A stretch of DNA of 64,000 nt. It comes from Eledone cirrhosa. Taxonomy: Eukaryota. A model generated the notes under the pieces. The model ran no database searches. It was not told the origin of the DNA and saw only the letters and a list, made by a program, of their open reading frames with translations. Below are positions 1-13,328 of this stretch, in pieces. Both the position numbers and the translations under genes were made by a program. Where the stretch lies: NCBI GenBank assembly GCA_964016885.1, contig OZ024741.1, positions 195,796,001 through 195,860,000 of the forward strand. The letters are read 5' to 3'. The first letter of the stretch is position 1; each line of letters opens with the position of its first letter.

Positions 1-775
1 ATTTAATGGAGATGGGAGTAGAGAGGGTGTGGTGAGAGTGATTAATAGATAGAGAGATATCTAGAAAAGGGACAGAAGAATCGGAGATGGAGGCGGTGAA
101 AGTGAGACCATGATGAAAAGATAGGACAAAAGAAAGAAAGCAGTCGAGCTGTTCTCGTGATAGAGAGGTGGCGCCGATACAGTCGTCGATATAACGACCG
201 TATAGTTCAGGAGTCGTTCCAGCATACTGGGAGAAAATCTGGGCTTCGACGTAGCCAACAAACAAGTTAGCATAGTTTGGACCCATTCTGGTTCCCATCG
301 CCACACCAGAGACCTGCTGATAGAAGCTCAACCAGATGGAGAAGATTGGTAGTGCTGGGGTAAGGTGTAGGGCTTAAGTCTAAAAAATGTTGGAAAGCGC
401 GGAGGCCATCATCATGAGGGATGACGGTATAGAGAGAGGGGATGTCCAGAGTAATGAGAAGGCGAGAGGGACCAGGAGGGAAGGAGAAGGAGTTGAAGAG
501 TCTAAGGGTATGATTGGTATCATGGATGTGGGAGGGGAGATTGACGATCAACGGGGCGAGGATGGTGTCTAAATATTCAGAAATTATCTTGCTGGGGCAG
601 TTGCACGCAGAAACGTTGGACGGCCAGGATTATTTTGTTTGTGTATTTTGGGGAGAAAATGGATGGTGGGTGTACGAGGGGTGTGTACAATAAGGTTGGT
701 GGCTGTGTGAGGTAGGAGAGAGGAGGAGATGAGCTCGTGGATGGTGGAGGACACGAGTTGTTGGTAGCCAGGGTG
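1..775 (-). pseudogene. Penelope-like RT fragment (frameshifted; runs off window start)
   Basis: HFLPKIHKQNNPGRP, LDIPSLYTVIPHDDGL, GVAMGTRMGPNYANLFVGY and RYIDD motifs spread over several frames. Confidence 0.85.
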
Positions 776-1710
776 GATAGTGAGAAATGAATTTAAAAAA
801 ATCACAATGCTATCTTACAATTACAGGTTAATAAGTAGAGAATAGAAAAAACTTGTAGAAATTGAGTAGTAACAAAACTGATACAAATTTAAAGGGGTTT
901 AACACATCTGCTATAAGTAGTTAGTAAAACGTATTCGGCCAATTCTATCTTTAAATTACAGGTGTGGGGGAACTGATGCTACAGAGGCCCGATGGGCTGC
1001 ATCGGGGTAGGCGAAAGGGGAAAGCAGACGAGGAAAAAAATAGGGGGTGGAAGGAAGTGATAGAATGAGACAGGGGGAAGAAGAAGACAAAGAGGAAAAG
1101 AGATACATCTACCTATGTAAGCTGGGGTTTCCCCTAAATTAATCGGCAAGTAGGGGATATCAGCCCTTGTCTACCCATCCGAGTCGTTATGGGATTTGAG
1201 GGCGAGGTAAGTCCCACACAATCTGTGTTTGCATGCGGTTACCAGTTCGTCTTTCTTGTTTAGGAGTTGGTCCTTCGAAAACAGCATTTCTAATGTTTCC
1301 TCCGAGCATAAGTTACACGGACGGCGTCCTCCCGTGTAAGAGTTAGCTCTGGACACTAAGCTCCAAGTGAGATTGTAGGTTATATTATTATCTTGGAGGT
1401 CCCAGGTGTGGCCCGAAAGTGTAGTGGCATGTCGCCAGACCGTGTTTCGGAAAGTATGTCGGTGTTGGTAGAGCCGGATCTTGAAGTCACACGCGGTTAA
1501 TCCTATATAAGCTTTGTTGGAGGTGTCCGTCCTCACGTTGCACTGGTAGATCACGTTACGTTCTCGGCATTTGTTGTTGAGGGGGCACGTAGTTCTATCA
1601 GGGCAGTTACATCTCCTGGTCGGCTCTCCACTGATGTCTAGGTTATTTCTTCCATAGGGGTTGAGTTTTTTGTTATTTGAGGAGACGTCATTTTCCTAAT
1701 GATTTTCCTA

Positions 1711-2233
1711 AAACATCGTCTCCTCAAACAACAAAAAACTCAACACCTATGGAAGAAATAACCTAAACATCAGTGGAGAGCCGACCAGGAGGTGAAACTG
1801 CCCTGATAGATCTACGTGCCCCCTCAACAACAAATGCCGAGAACGTAACGTGATCTACCAGTGCAACGTGAGGACGGACACCTCCAACAAAACTTATATA
1901 GGATTAACCGCGTGTGACTTCAAGATCCGGCTCTACCAACACCGACATACTTTCCGAAACACGGTCTGGCGACATGCCACTACACTTTCGGGCAACATCT
2001 GGGACCTCCAAGATAATAATATAACCTACAATCTCACTTGGAGCTTAGTGTCCAGAGCTAACTCTTACACGGGAGGACGCCGTCCGTGTAACTTATGCTC
2101 GGAGGAAACATCACAAATGCTGTTTTCGAAGGACCAACTCCTAAACAAGAAAGACGAACTGGTAACCGCATGCAAACACAGATTGCGTAGGACTTACCTC
2201 GCCCTCAAACCCCATAACGACCCAGATGGGTAG
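1711..2233 (+). pseudogene. PLE Cys linker + GIY-YIG endonuclease fragment
   Basis: CPLNNKC..VIYQCNV..YIGLTACDFKIR..CNLCSEE; mirrored at 1171-1690 (-). Confidence 0.85.
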
Positions 2234-2908
2234 ACAAGGGCTGATACCCCCCACTTGCCGAATAAGCTAGGGGAAACCCCAGCTTACATAGGTATATTAT
2301 CTCTTTTCCTCTTTGTCTTCTTCTTCCCCCTGTCTCATCCTATCACTCCCCCCCCCCTATTTTCTTCCTCGTCTACTTTCCCCTTTTGCCTACCCCGATG
2401 CAGCCCATCGGGCCTCTGTAGCATCAGTCCCCCACCCCTGTTATTTTAAGATAGAATTGGCCGAATACGTTTTACTAACTACTTATAGCAGATGTGTTAA
2501 ACCCCTTTAATTTTGTATCAGTTTTGTTACTACTCAATTTCTACAAGTTTTTTCTATTCTCAACTTATTAACCTGTAATTGTAAGATAGCATTGTGATTT
2601 TTTTTATTCATTTCTCACTATCTAATTTTATATATTTTTTTCTTTCTTTCTATTATCTTTTATTGTCTCCTACTCTCATTCGATATACCTATTCTATAAC
2701 CTCCCTCCTCCACTTCATACACTATCCTTAGAATCTGCTGTATACATATCACTTTCAACGCTTGACCGCTCCACTCACTCCCTATTGTTCTACAGGCAAA
2801 TTCAGCCAACCCTACCTCCCACCAAATGCCATGATAGACTTATTTGTGTTTACAAAAAATTTGAACCAATCCTCTTGACAACTACAATCTTCCCATATAA
2901 GGAAGTAC

Positions 2909-3002
2909 CCCCTTGACAAGTTCGGCTATTTATTCACCAGGCTAAACATTCTAATTTAGTCCAGAAATAGCCGTCGAGACGGCTTGAGCTCTGCCGTCGG
3001 GG
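2909..3002 (+). ncRNA. Type I HHR, family A (UUGACAA core; GAAA mutated to GAGA)
   Basis: cccc-TTGACAA-gttcggcta..tagccgtc-GAGA-cggc ttgagctct gccg-TC-gggg. Confidence 0.6.
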
Positions 3003-3111
3003 TCATACTTTTTCCTATATAAATATATATATATATATGTATGTATATATATATATATATGTATGTATGTATATATATATATATATACATATATGTATAT
3101 ATATATATATA

Positions 3112-4082
3112 TACACCCATCTCTCCAATTCACAAAAGAGATGAGTAGTACCAAATTACCATTCCTAGATATAATGATAATCAAAAACGACACCACCATT
3201 ACCACGGATATATATTATAAACACACAGACACCCATCAATATCTGTATTTTAAGTCGTGCCATCCACCTCATACAAAACGCAACATCCCATACTGCCTAG
3301 CCAGAAGAATTTGTACCATTGTAGAAGATACGAATACCAGATACAAACGCCTAACAGAACTAAGAGCATTTTTGCTCAAACAAAAATACCCATCTCTACT
3401 TATAGAAAATGGCATACAGCGGGCTATAAAAATATCTATACAACAACTTAGGACAACCCAAGGAAAAAGAAACCAAGAACTGGTCATACCATTTATAATG
3501 ACACACAACCCATGTCACCAGAATATCTTCAACACTGCCAAAGCAAACCTACCGATCATTGCTCAAAGTAATGAATTAAAAGACTTAATCACAGATCGAT
3601 CTTTGACTCTTAGTAAAAGACAGCCGAAAAATTTGAAGCAATTACTAACAAAAGCAAAGTTTGACCTTAACAACAAAGACCAATCATTCACTGTATCTAA
3701 ATGCAATGATAGTCGATGTGGTACATGTCAATCCATACACGCCGGTCAATATATGAAAACAAAAACTGGAAAAATATTCCCAAATGCAAATATGAACTGC
3801 AAAAGCAGAAATCTAATTTACTGCATTAAATACCCGAATTGTGAAGAACTATATGTCGGTCAAACTGCAAATGCACTATCGGAACGTGCACGGGAACACC
3901 GACAGCAAATCAGAGACCCAAATGTCCGTCAGATACCCCTAAGTAACCATCTAGCAACATGTGGTCAGGGAATATTTATAATATTCCCATTCTACAAATT
4001 ACACAGTCCAAGTGAAATCAAGAGAAAAATCAAAGAAAAGAATTTTATTGATAAATTCAAACCCAAGCTAAATGAACAATAA
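3112..4082 (+). pseudogene. PLE 3' fragment (RT thumb + GIY-YIG), Neptune-like lineage
   Basis: LPFLDI, TDIYYKHTDTHQYL..SCHP, CNDSRCGTC, NLIYCI..YVGQT; the 5' end of the ORF call is a (TA)n artefact. Confidence 0.85.
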
Positions 4083-4280
4083 TAATGGGGGATTATATAT
4101 ATATATAAGAGAAATAAGATTTCGCTTCAAGCATAGCTTTATACAAATATGTATAGAAATTTCATATTTCTAAAGAAACAGGACTTTAGGAAGCCGTAGC
4201 TATGCAAACCGGGGCCAACGCCCTCTGGTGGGGCCAACGCCCTCTGGTGGTGCACAGCAGAAGCAAGGGGAAAACGGCTT

Positions 4281-4596
<316 letters not shown>

Positions 4597-6957
4597 ATTG
4601 TATTATATATATCTCAAGGGTACCAAACTTTGGTACGTAAAACCCTAATAGAATTTAATAACCATCTCTGGACAAGAGGCGACAGGAAAAACAATTTTGA
4701 TATCACTATGGGATCATCTGACTCGGCGCAAGTAACATACCTCGTTGGATTATTTATTAATAATGTACTGCATGGAAAAATGCCAGAGATGACCGGAGGT
4801 TTATATCGCGACGATATGTTACTTTTAATTGAAAACCATGGCAATAGTGAAATTAATAGGAAAAAGAAATCCATAATACAATTTTTCAACAGCTACAACC
4901 TTAATTTAGAAATCGAGAATAATTACAAAATCGTTAACTTCTTAGATGTAACCTTAAACCTTAGCTCAGGTCTTTACTATCCTTTCCATAAAATTAACGA
5001 AAATCTAAATTACGTAAGTTTCAATTCTAATCATCCAAGAAATATTAAAAACATTATTGTCAATAGCGTCCAGCAACGGATTTCACGCATCTCTGCTAAT
5101 AAAAATATGTTTGGTGATAAGGCAGAATATTACAATGAGGCTTTACATAGAGCAGGATACTCGAATAAAATTAAATACTTAGATAACAACACAACGACAA
5201 ATCATCCTAGAATTCATTATAATAACAATAAACAATTCAACTTAAATATTAAACCAAACAAAAAAACTAGAACTTGAAATATTATTTGGTACTCTCCCCC
5301 ATTCTCTTTAGGCGTTAAAACACCTTTAGCAAAGCTATTTTTTAAAGCACTAGATAAGTGTTTTCCTAAAGCCCACAGATACCACTCTATTTTTAACAGA
5401 CACACTATAAAACTATCCTACTCTATTACTATGAACATAGCACAAAATGTAAATAGAATTAATAATAGAAACTTAAATTTAAACCCTAACCAAACAAACC
5501 AAGCTAGCAATAATAATATTTCTAGTAACAATATTCATAATAATAGTACCGTTCCTAGTAACAACTCCAGAAAATGTAACTGTAGAATTAAATCAAACTG
5601 CCCTTTACAAAATAATTGCTTAGACAAAAACGTAATTTATAAATGCACAGTTAAAACTAGAGACAAAATATTTAACTATATTGGTGCCACTTCTACAAAA
5701 TTCAAAGAACGCTGGTACAACCACAAACATACATTTAATAGGTCTGATAAAAAAATCTTCCAATTCACTTTCACATTTAATTTGGAATTTAAAGGATAAC
5801 AATATAGACTATTCAATATCTTTGGGAACGATTTCTAAAGCACCTGCATACCGAAATATGGCCTTCTCAAGAATCTGTAATTTGTGTATCACGGAAATTT
5901 ATTATATAATTAACTGTCAAAACTCTATTAATTTAAAAACAAATATTTTCTAGTTGCAGACATCGCCAAAATTCCACTTTCAGAAGTATATTTAATCTAT
6001 GATATTCATTACACTTGACTATATCTTATACACCCTTAAAATGATCCTATTATTTACTGTGTATTTCTTTAAAAATTAAAAAAAAATTTTTTTAATGATC
6101 TTCCTTCTTAAATTTAGTATTTTTACCATTTGATATTCTTTTCCTAATGATACTCTTATTAATTTTTTTTAGATGTAGATTGATAATCTTTAATTGACAT
6201 TCTGAAAGATATCCTCTTTACAATAATTCTTCGAAATACATAATTCTTTTTTCCTCTTTTTAAACTTCAAACTTTTCACACATCTTTCGACGTAAATAAT
6301 ATGTAATTGAAATTCTCATCCATGAAAAAATAATCTCACACAAAATAATATATAATTTTTCTCTACATACTTTCTGAGTAAATCATTCATCAAATTTAAT
6401 GGTTAGCAATTAAGATTGGAGTTATCTTTTCCTTTACAATCGAGCAAACACACAATTGATAACTTGTATGATAAACTATATAATTTCGCTAAATTAACAA
6501 TATTCTGAAAACATTTTCAATGTTGGAACAAAATATTTGAATCTACAAATTGTTCTCCTCTTACAACTTGAACTACGTCTTTTTCTTAAATATTTATGTA
6601 AAATGTAAAATCAAAATCCTCCGTAACTCATATGAGAAATGTAAACAATTAATACGTGCGTTTTATTTCTATAAAATCACCAATAATACTTATACTTGCA
6701 CAATTATTAATCTATTTAAGTATTTATATACTTACAACCTGTTCTAATGTAATAAGATAAAATGTACTTACAACCATAATTCTTCATATAATCTAATTGA
6801 TTATATATACAATATTATAACTCATAATATAGCTAAATCATTTTTTTTAAATTCTGTAATCATACTCCACCATTCCTACAAACTGTTAATCCTTTTTAAA
6901 TTAACGTAAATACAAGCTCTTCTTTCTTTCTCTTTCTTTCTTCTTCCTACACATACA

Positions 6958-7660
6958 TGTAGCGAAATCTGTCCGAACCTTGAACTTTGAGTGATACCTA
7001 AAGGTTAAATTTTAGGTCACCATATTTATTGTGTTAACAGGTTGATGCGTTTGCTGTCTTCTCAAAGTGGGGGACAGGAAACGACAGGTATATAAAGTCT
7101 GTGCTGTCATCCCACTCAAGGAGATACATCGGAGCACCCCACTACAGAACAAGCTATGTAAGGATTTACTGCTATTAATAGACTCCAAGGGTTTAACAGC
7201 CACAGAGATATCGAAGCACTAGGATACACAACTAACTATGTAAGGATTCACCACTATCAACAGACCCCTTGAGGCCTACAGATACACACAGAGCGATTGG
7301 AACCCTACTCCTACAGACCATGTACAAGCCACAGTGGTCTACAACTAATTACAGACCATTCAGAGATATACAAGCCATATCTCTCTCTCTCTCTCTTACT
7401 AACACGGTCTAACAACTACTACCATGGTCTCCAAATTCCAACAACAACAACAACAATTATCTGTCGTTCGCTGCTTTCACACCACACAACAACAGACTAC
7501 AACAGCCTCACATCAGAAACAATAACAACGTTAACAACTCTTGGTAACTGTTTTTATATGTACTTTTTAATTGATTCACGCGAAGTAAACTATATATAAC
7601 CAAATCATTTATTCTTAATATTCCTATATTCTTTATATTCTTATTATTACATCTAACAAC
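6958..7660 (+). mobile_element. LTR-like dispersed repeat inserted in the PLE 3' region
   Basis: Starts tgtagcgaaatctgtcc, has a TATATAA box, ends catctaacaac; homologue at 26110-26597 plus 29712-29761. Confidence 0.6.
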
Positions 7661-7952
7661 TTTGTTATAAACATTTCTAATAACCATATATCCATCCATT
7701 CTAAATTTTTATTTTTAAACTCTTCGTTAAATACATACATACATATATCCTAATAATTATTTAAATCTACCTAGCGTCTAAAAATAACGTTTTTTTTCAG
7801 CCCTATACCTCAACCTCGTTTGCATATTCATCTTAATAATTTGAAATATTTGACTTATCTTCTCTTTCCATTCTTTCCTTTACTATCCAGGAATAATTTG
7901 AACCGTTAAGATCCTATTCCTGGGTATGTCATTATTTATAAAACAAACTTTG

Positions 7953-8008
7953 TATTTTATCTGATGAGAGCGTACCAAAGTTTTGGTACCCTTGAAATAT
8001 ATAAAATA
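7953..8008 (+). ncRNA. Minimal type I HHR (stem III apparently shortened)
   Basis: tattttat-CTGATGA-gagcgtaccaaa/tttggtaccctt-GAAA-tat-ataaaata. Confidence 0.55.
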
Positions 8009-8123
8009 GTTTCCATTTATTTAATATCATTGATATTATACTCCAGAAATCTTGTCGAGTGCTTTGAATCAGTTATAAACATTTATATTTGTTGAATTAC
8101 CAACAAATTAAATATCCCTTTTG

Positions 8124-8178
<55 letters not shown>

Positions 8179-8270
8179 CAAAGGAATTGTGGTAAGGAAC
8201 CAAATGGACCATAACGCACCAGAGTACTCAATACTTATAGTAGTAGAGTGGGAAATAGGAAAGAGTATGA

Positions 8271-8364
8271 CCCCGACGGCAGAGCTCAAGCCGTCTCGAC
8301 GGCTATTTCTGGATAAATTAGAATTTTTAGCCTGGTGAATAAATAGCCGAACTTTTCAAGGAGG
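8271..8364 (-). ncRNA. Type I HHR, family A (UUGAAAA; GAGA variant)
   Basis: Inverted paralogue of 2909-3002. Confidence 0.55.
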
Positions 8365-9461
8365 TACTTCCTTATATGGGAAGATTGTAGTTGTCAAGAG
8401 GATTGGCTAAAATTTGTTGTAAACACAAATAAGTCTATCATGGCATTTGGTGGGAAGTAGGGGTGGCTGAACTTGCCTGTAGAACAATAGGGGAGAGAGT
8501 GGAGCGGTCAAGCGTTGAAAGTGATATGTATACAGCAGATTCTAAGGATAGTGTATGAAGTGGCGGAGGGAGGTTATAGAATAGGTAAATCGAAAGAGAG
8601 TAGGAGAGAATAAAAGATACTAGAAAGAAATTAAAAAAATATATAAAATTAGATAGTGAGAAATGAATAAAGAAATCACAATGCTATCTTACAATTACAG
8701 GTTAATAAGTTAAGAATAGAAAAATCTTATAGAAATTACAAAACAGATACAAACTTAAAGGGGTTTTTAACACATCTGCTATAAGTAGTTAGTAAAACGT
8801 ATTCGGCCAATTCTATCTTAAAATAACAGGGGTGGGGGAACTGATGCTACAAGGCCCGATGGGTTGCATCGGGGTAGGCGAAAGGGGAAAACAGACGAGG
8901 AAGAAAATAGGGGGTGGAAGGAAGTGATAGGATGAGACAGGGGGAAGAAGGAGACAAAGAGGAAAAGAAAAGAGATACATTTACCTATGTAAGCTGGGGT
9001 TTCCCCTAACTTATTCGGCAAGTGTTGGGGGGGGGGGGGGGGTATCAGTAGACAAGGGCTGATACCCCCCTCCCCAATTTAGGGGAAACCCATAGGTAAG
9101 TGTATCTCTTTTCTTTTCCTCTTTGTCTCCTTCTTCCCCCTGTCTCATCCTATCACTTCCTTCCACCCCCTATTTTCTTCCTCGTCTGCTTTCCCCTTTC
9201 GCCTACCCCGATGCAGCCCATCGGGCCTTGTAGCATCAGTTCCCCCACCCCTGTTATTTTAAGATAGAATTGGCCGAATACGTTTTACTAACTACTTATA
9301 GCAGATGTGTTAAAAACCCTTTTAAGTTTGTATCTGTTTTGTAATTTCTATAAGATTTTTCTATTCTTAACTTATTAACCTGTAATTGTAAGATAGCATT
9401 GTGATTTCTTTATTCATTTCTCACTATCTAATTTTATATATATTTTTATATATATATATAT

Positions 9462-10802
9462 TTATAGAGAAAATTGAGGTTGGTAATGGCACATGGAATA
9501 TATAAGAGACAGAATACTTTTTTGTGAAAAAACATATAATTTTATAAGGTAAGGAAAGAATAAAGGGTATAAAAAATGACCGGTTTCGATGGGTCTGCAA
9601 AAGCCATATTTTCAAATGTTGATTAATATTAAGAAAAATTAATAATAAGAAGAGTTAAAATTTGAGATTTGAAAATTCAAGTATAAAATTCAGTGTGGGA
9701 TTTCATAGTAGTTTTCATCTTGGTAGCAGCAAGTTGACTGCTGTGTGTCCCTTTCTGGTAGTGAATGAGGAATTATTTGTGGGGAGTGGTTTTTTTTAAG
9801 GTCAGATTTAGCAATGGCCAGATGGCCAGCTGCTGGTCAGTGAGGGGGTGAAAGCAATATACATACATATATCTCCATGTGGTCGGTAGGAGAGGGGAGA
9901 GTGATAGAAAGGGATTTAGTGTACTTACACCTATGTATACACACATACCCTCATCCACACACACATGTCTATGTATGTGTATGTATGTGTGTGTGTGTGT
10001 GTGTATGTATGTGTGTATCTGGATGTATGTGTATGTATATATATGTGTGTGTGTGTGTATATATATGTGTGTATGTGTATATATGTGTGTGTGTGTGTTT
10101 GTATGTGTGTATGTATATATGTATGTGTGTGTGTGTGTGTATGTATATGTATGTATATATATGTGTGTGTGTGTATATATATGTGTGTATATATGTGTGT
10201 GTGTATGTGTGTATGTATATGTATGTGTGTGTGTATGTATGTGTATATATATATATATGTATGTATATGTATGTGTGTGTGGATGAGGGTATGTGTGTAT
10301 ACATAGGTGTAAGTGCACTAAATCCCTTTCTATCACTCTCCCCTCTCCTACCGACCACATGGAGATATATGTATGTATATTGCTTTCGCCCCCTCACTGA
10401 CCAGCAGCTGGCCATCTGGCCATTGCTAAATCTGACCTTAAAAAAAACCACTCCCCACAAATAATTCCTTATTCACTACCAGAAAGGGACACACAGCAGT
10501 CAACTTGCTGCTACCAAGATGAAAACTACTATGAAATCCCACACTGAATTTTATACTTGAATTTTTAAATCTCAAATTTTGACTCTTCTTATTATAAATT
10601 TTTCTTAATATTAATCAACATTTGAAAAGATGGCTTTTGCAGACCCATCGAAACCGGTCATTTTTTATACCCTTTATTCTTTCCTTACCTCATAAAATTA
10701 TATGTTTTTTCACAAAAAAGTATTCTGTCTCTTATATATTCCATGTGCCATTACCAACCTCAATTTTCTCTATAACCTTCGTTTTGTGTAGAAACTTACA
10801 CT

Positions 10803-10806
<4 letters not shown>
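9462..10806. mobile_element. Non-coding fold-back pLTR element (~500-bp inverted arms around a microsatellite core)
   Basis: 9462-9965 is the reverse complement of ~10272-10774; HHR in each arm (9573-9620 -, 10617-10664 +). Confidence 0.8.
10617..10664 (+). ncRNA. Minimal type I HHR with UUGAAAA core (family B)
   Basis: aacat-TTGAAAA-gatgg/ccatc-GAAA-ccgg-TC-atttt; stem I weak. Confidence 0.6.
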
Positions 10807-10897
<91 letters not shown>

Positions 10898-10898
10898 T

Positions 10899-10929
<31 letters not shown>

Positions 10930-11192
10930 TTTCTAGTATCTTTTATTCTCTCCCACTCTCTTTCTATTTACCTATTCTATAACCTCTCTCCGCCACTTCA
11001 TACACTATCCTTAGAATATGATGTATACATATCACTTTCAACGCTTGACCGCTCCACTCACACCTCTATTGTTCTACAGGCAAGTTCAGCCACCCCTACT
11101 TCCCACCAAATGCCATGATAGACTTATTTGTGTTTACAACAAATTTTAACCAATCCTCTTGACAACTACAATCTTCCCATATAAGAAAGTAC

Positions 11193-11286
11193 CCCCTTGA
11201 AAAGTTCGGCTATTTATTCACCAGACTAAAAATTCTAATTTAGTCCAGAAATACCCGTCGAAACGGCTTGAGCTCTGCCGTCGGGG
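11193..11286 (+). ncRNA. Type I HHR, family A (UUGAAAA core, intact GAAA, GUC site)
   Basis: cccc/gggg stem I, cggc/gccg stem III. Confidence 0.7.
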
Positions 11287-11297
11287 TCATACTCTTT

Positions 11298-11417
<120 letters not shown>

Positions 11418-11670
11418 TATATATATATATAAGTATGTATGTATACGTACATACATATATGTATACAAGCGTACAGTAGCATGCATATATATATATATAT
11501 ACATATATACATATACATACAGGTACACATATATATATGTACGTATCAGTTTAGCGAACGTTTATTATAACGCCCGCTTTGTCCGTTTGTAAACAAGCGA
11601 ACAGCCTGATTTATGCCATACGGTGTTAAGGCAACCACGTCACCTTTTTGTTCAACACTGACACAGGAAT

Positions 11671-11709
11671 GATGTACTAGTTTCAAGCTTGTTAGCTATC
11701 ATCAGCACC
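11671..11709 (-). ncRNA. Minimal type I HHR (family D) in a pLTR remnant ~11420-11750
   Basis: ggtg-CTGATGA-tagct aaca agctt-GAAA-ctag-TA-catc; paralogue at 30246-30286. Confidence 0.75.
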
Positions 11710-11746
11710 GTATACCCTTCTGCCAGATAGTTGAACGTTCGAACAA

Positions 11747-11796
<50 letters not shown>

Positions 11797-11981
11797 GAGA
11801 TATCCACGGTAAGTTGTGGCGTCTAGTCTGCATGAAGAACTCAATGTAATCCATATGTTGAAAATGTTGTAGGTTAAAATAAATCCCGGAAAACAATAAA
11901 ACGTTAAAAGGAAAACAGAGTCATGATATAAGTTAAAATAATGAAATAAAAATCATGATTTTTTTTATTTCATTGTTTTAA

Positions 11982-12067
<86 letters not shown>

Positions 12068-12078
12068 AACAAGTAAGA

Positions 12079-12171
12079 CCCCGACGGCTGAGCTCAAGCC
12101 GTTTCGACGGCTAATTCTGTACTGAATGAAAAATTAATTCTGGTATTTAAATAGCCGAACTTATCAAGGGG
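12079..12171 (-). ncRNA. Type I HHR, family A (UUGAUAA core, GUC site)
   Basis: cccc-TTGATAA-gttcggcta..tagccgtc-GAAA-cggc ttgagctca gccg-TC-gggg. Confidence 0.75.
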
Positions 12172-13328
12172 TAATTCCATATATGGTCAAAGAGATAATC
12201 ACCAGGATTGGTCACATCACAAGTTAGTAGTAAATCTGTGATGGCAAGTTGGTGGGGGAGGGGTAGCTAAACCTGCCAGTAGGAGAAAAAGGGGAGAGGG
12301 GGTGGAGTAGACCCATTCATGCGTTGGTAGTGCCAGCTACAGCTGGGTGTGAGGTCAAAGAGGATACTGGGGAGGGGGAGGGGGAGGAAGTCGAAACGGT
12401 AAGTAGAACAATGAAAGGTAAAACTGTAAAAGGTACTGAGAGAAAAAAAATATATAAGCAAAATCTGGTTACTAAGACTTAAGTCTCTCGCTATTGCTAG
12501 GCTGAAGAAATACATAAATAAATAAATAAACAAATAAGTGAATAAAAGAAAAATAAATTAAAAAAAAAAAAATATATATATATATATATAATGTAGAATA
12601 AAAAAATAAATGATAATAATAGAAATAAACTAGGTGGGACGGAAATAAAGGGACCCTTATACGAGGTATAAGTGCGTGTATCGTACGGTGACGGGTCAAC
12701 AAAAGGGGGGCCAGAATACTAAAGAGACTACCACGAAAATAATAAAGGTATCTACCCCAAACACAGGGCCAGCAAGAAAGTAAACTAGTACGAGAATATA
12801 ATTCAGGGTCCCGCAAAAAAATACTCGTGCTAACTCTAAGGGTACCGCCACGAAACAAAAAGTCTTATACAAGCTACATGAAAGATCGTACGAAGTAAAA
12901 GTAAAGAACGGAAAATTAATACAGGAACCCCCCCCCCCCCCCCCCCAAAAAAAAAAGAGATACTGGATAAACGAGAAATTAAAGCAAAGATGCCACTAAG
13001 AAATATAGAAGGCACGGAAAAGGGGGACAGCGGTCGGAGAAGGGGGCGAGTATCCGAAGTCTAACACCTCTGCTATAAAAAGCGGAGTCAGCCACATCTA
13101 TCATAGAATAGGGGAGGGGATGGGGTTACTGAAGCTACAAGGGACCGATGGGCTACCTCGGGTGGGCGAGAAAAAGACGACGACAAAGAAAGGGAACTGG
13201 GGTAGAAGGACTAGGGAGGGATGGGGGAAGGAGGAAATATAGAGGAAGCGATAAAAGAATGTAAAAGAAGATCTTACGTCTCCATAGGCAAGCAGGGGTT
13301 ACCCATTACAAAATAGGCAAGTGGGGTG

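Larger units (their letters stand above)
776..3017. mobile_element. Fold-back 5'-truncated PLE (family A): inverted arms ~776-1690 and ~1711-2622; right arm continues to an HHR-bearing pLTR end
   Basis: Arms are reverse complements; each encodes the same GIY-YIG C-terminus (ORFs 1171-1554 - and 1850-2233 +); paralogous to 13329-15509. Confidence 0.9.
4598..8128 (+). mobile_element. 5'-truncated PLE: ORF remnant ~4637-5995, long AT-rich 3' region, short inverted pLTR stub at the 5' end
   Basis: FDITMGSSDSAQ, GGLYRDD, WYSPPF, VIYKC..YIGATS; 4600-4637 is the reverse complement of ~7970-8010. Confidence 0.85.
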
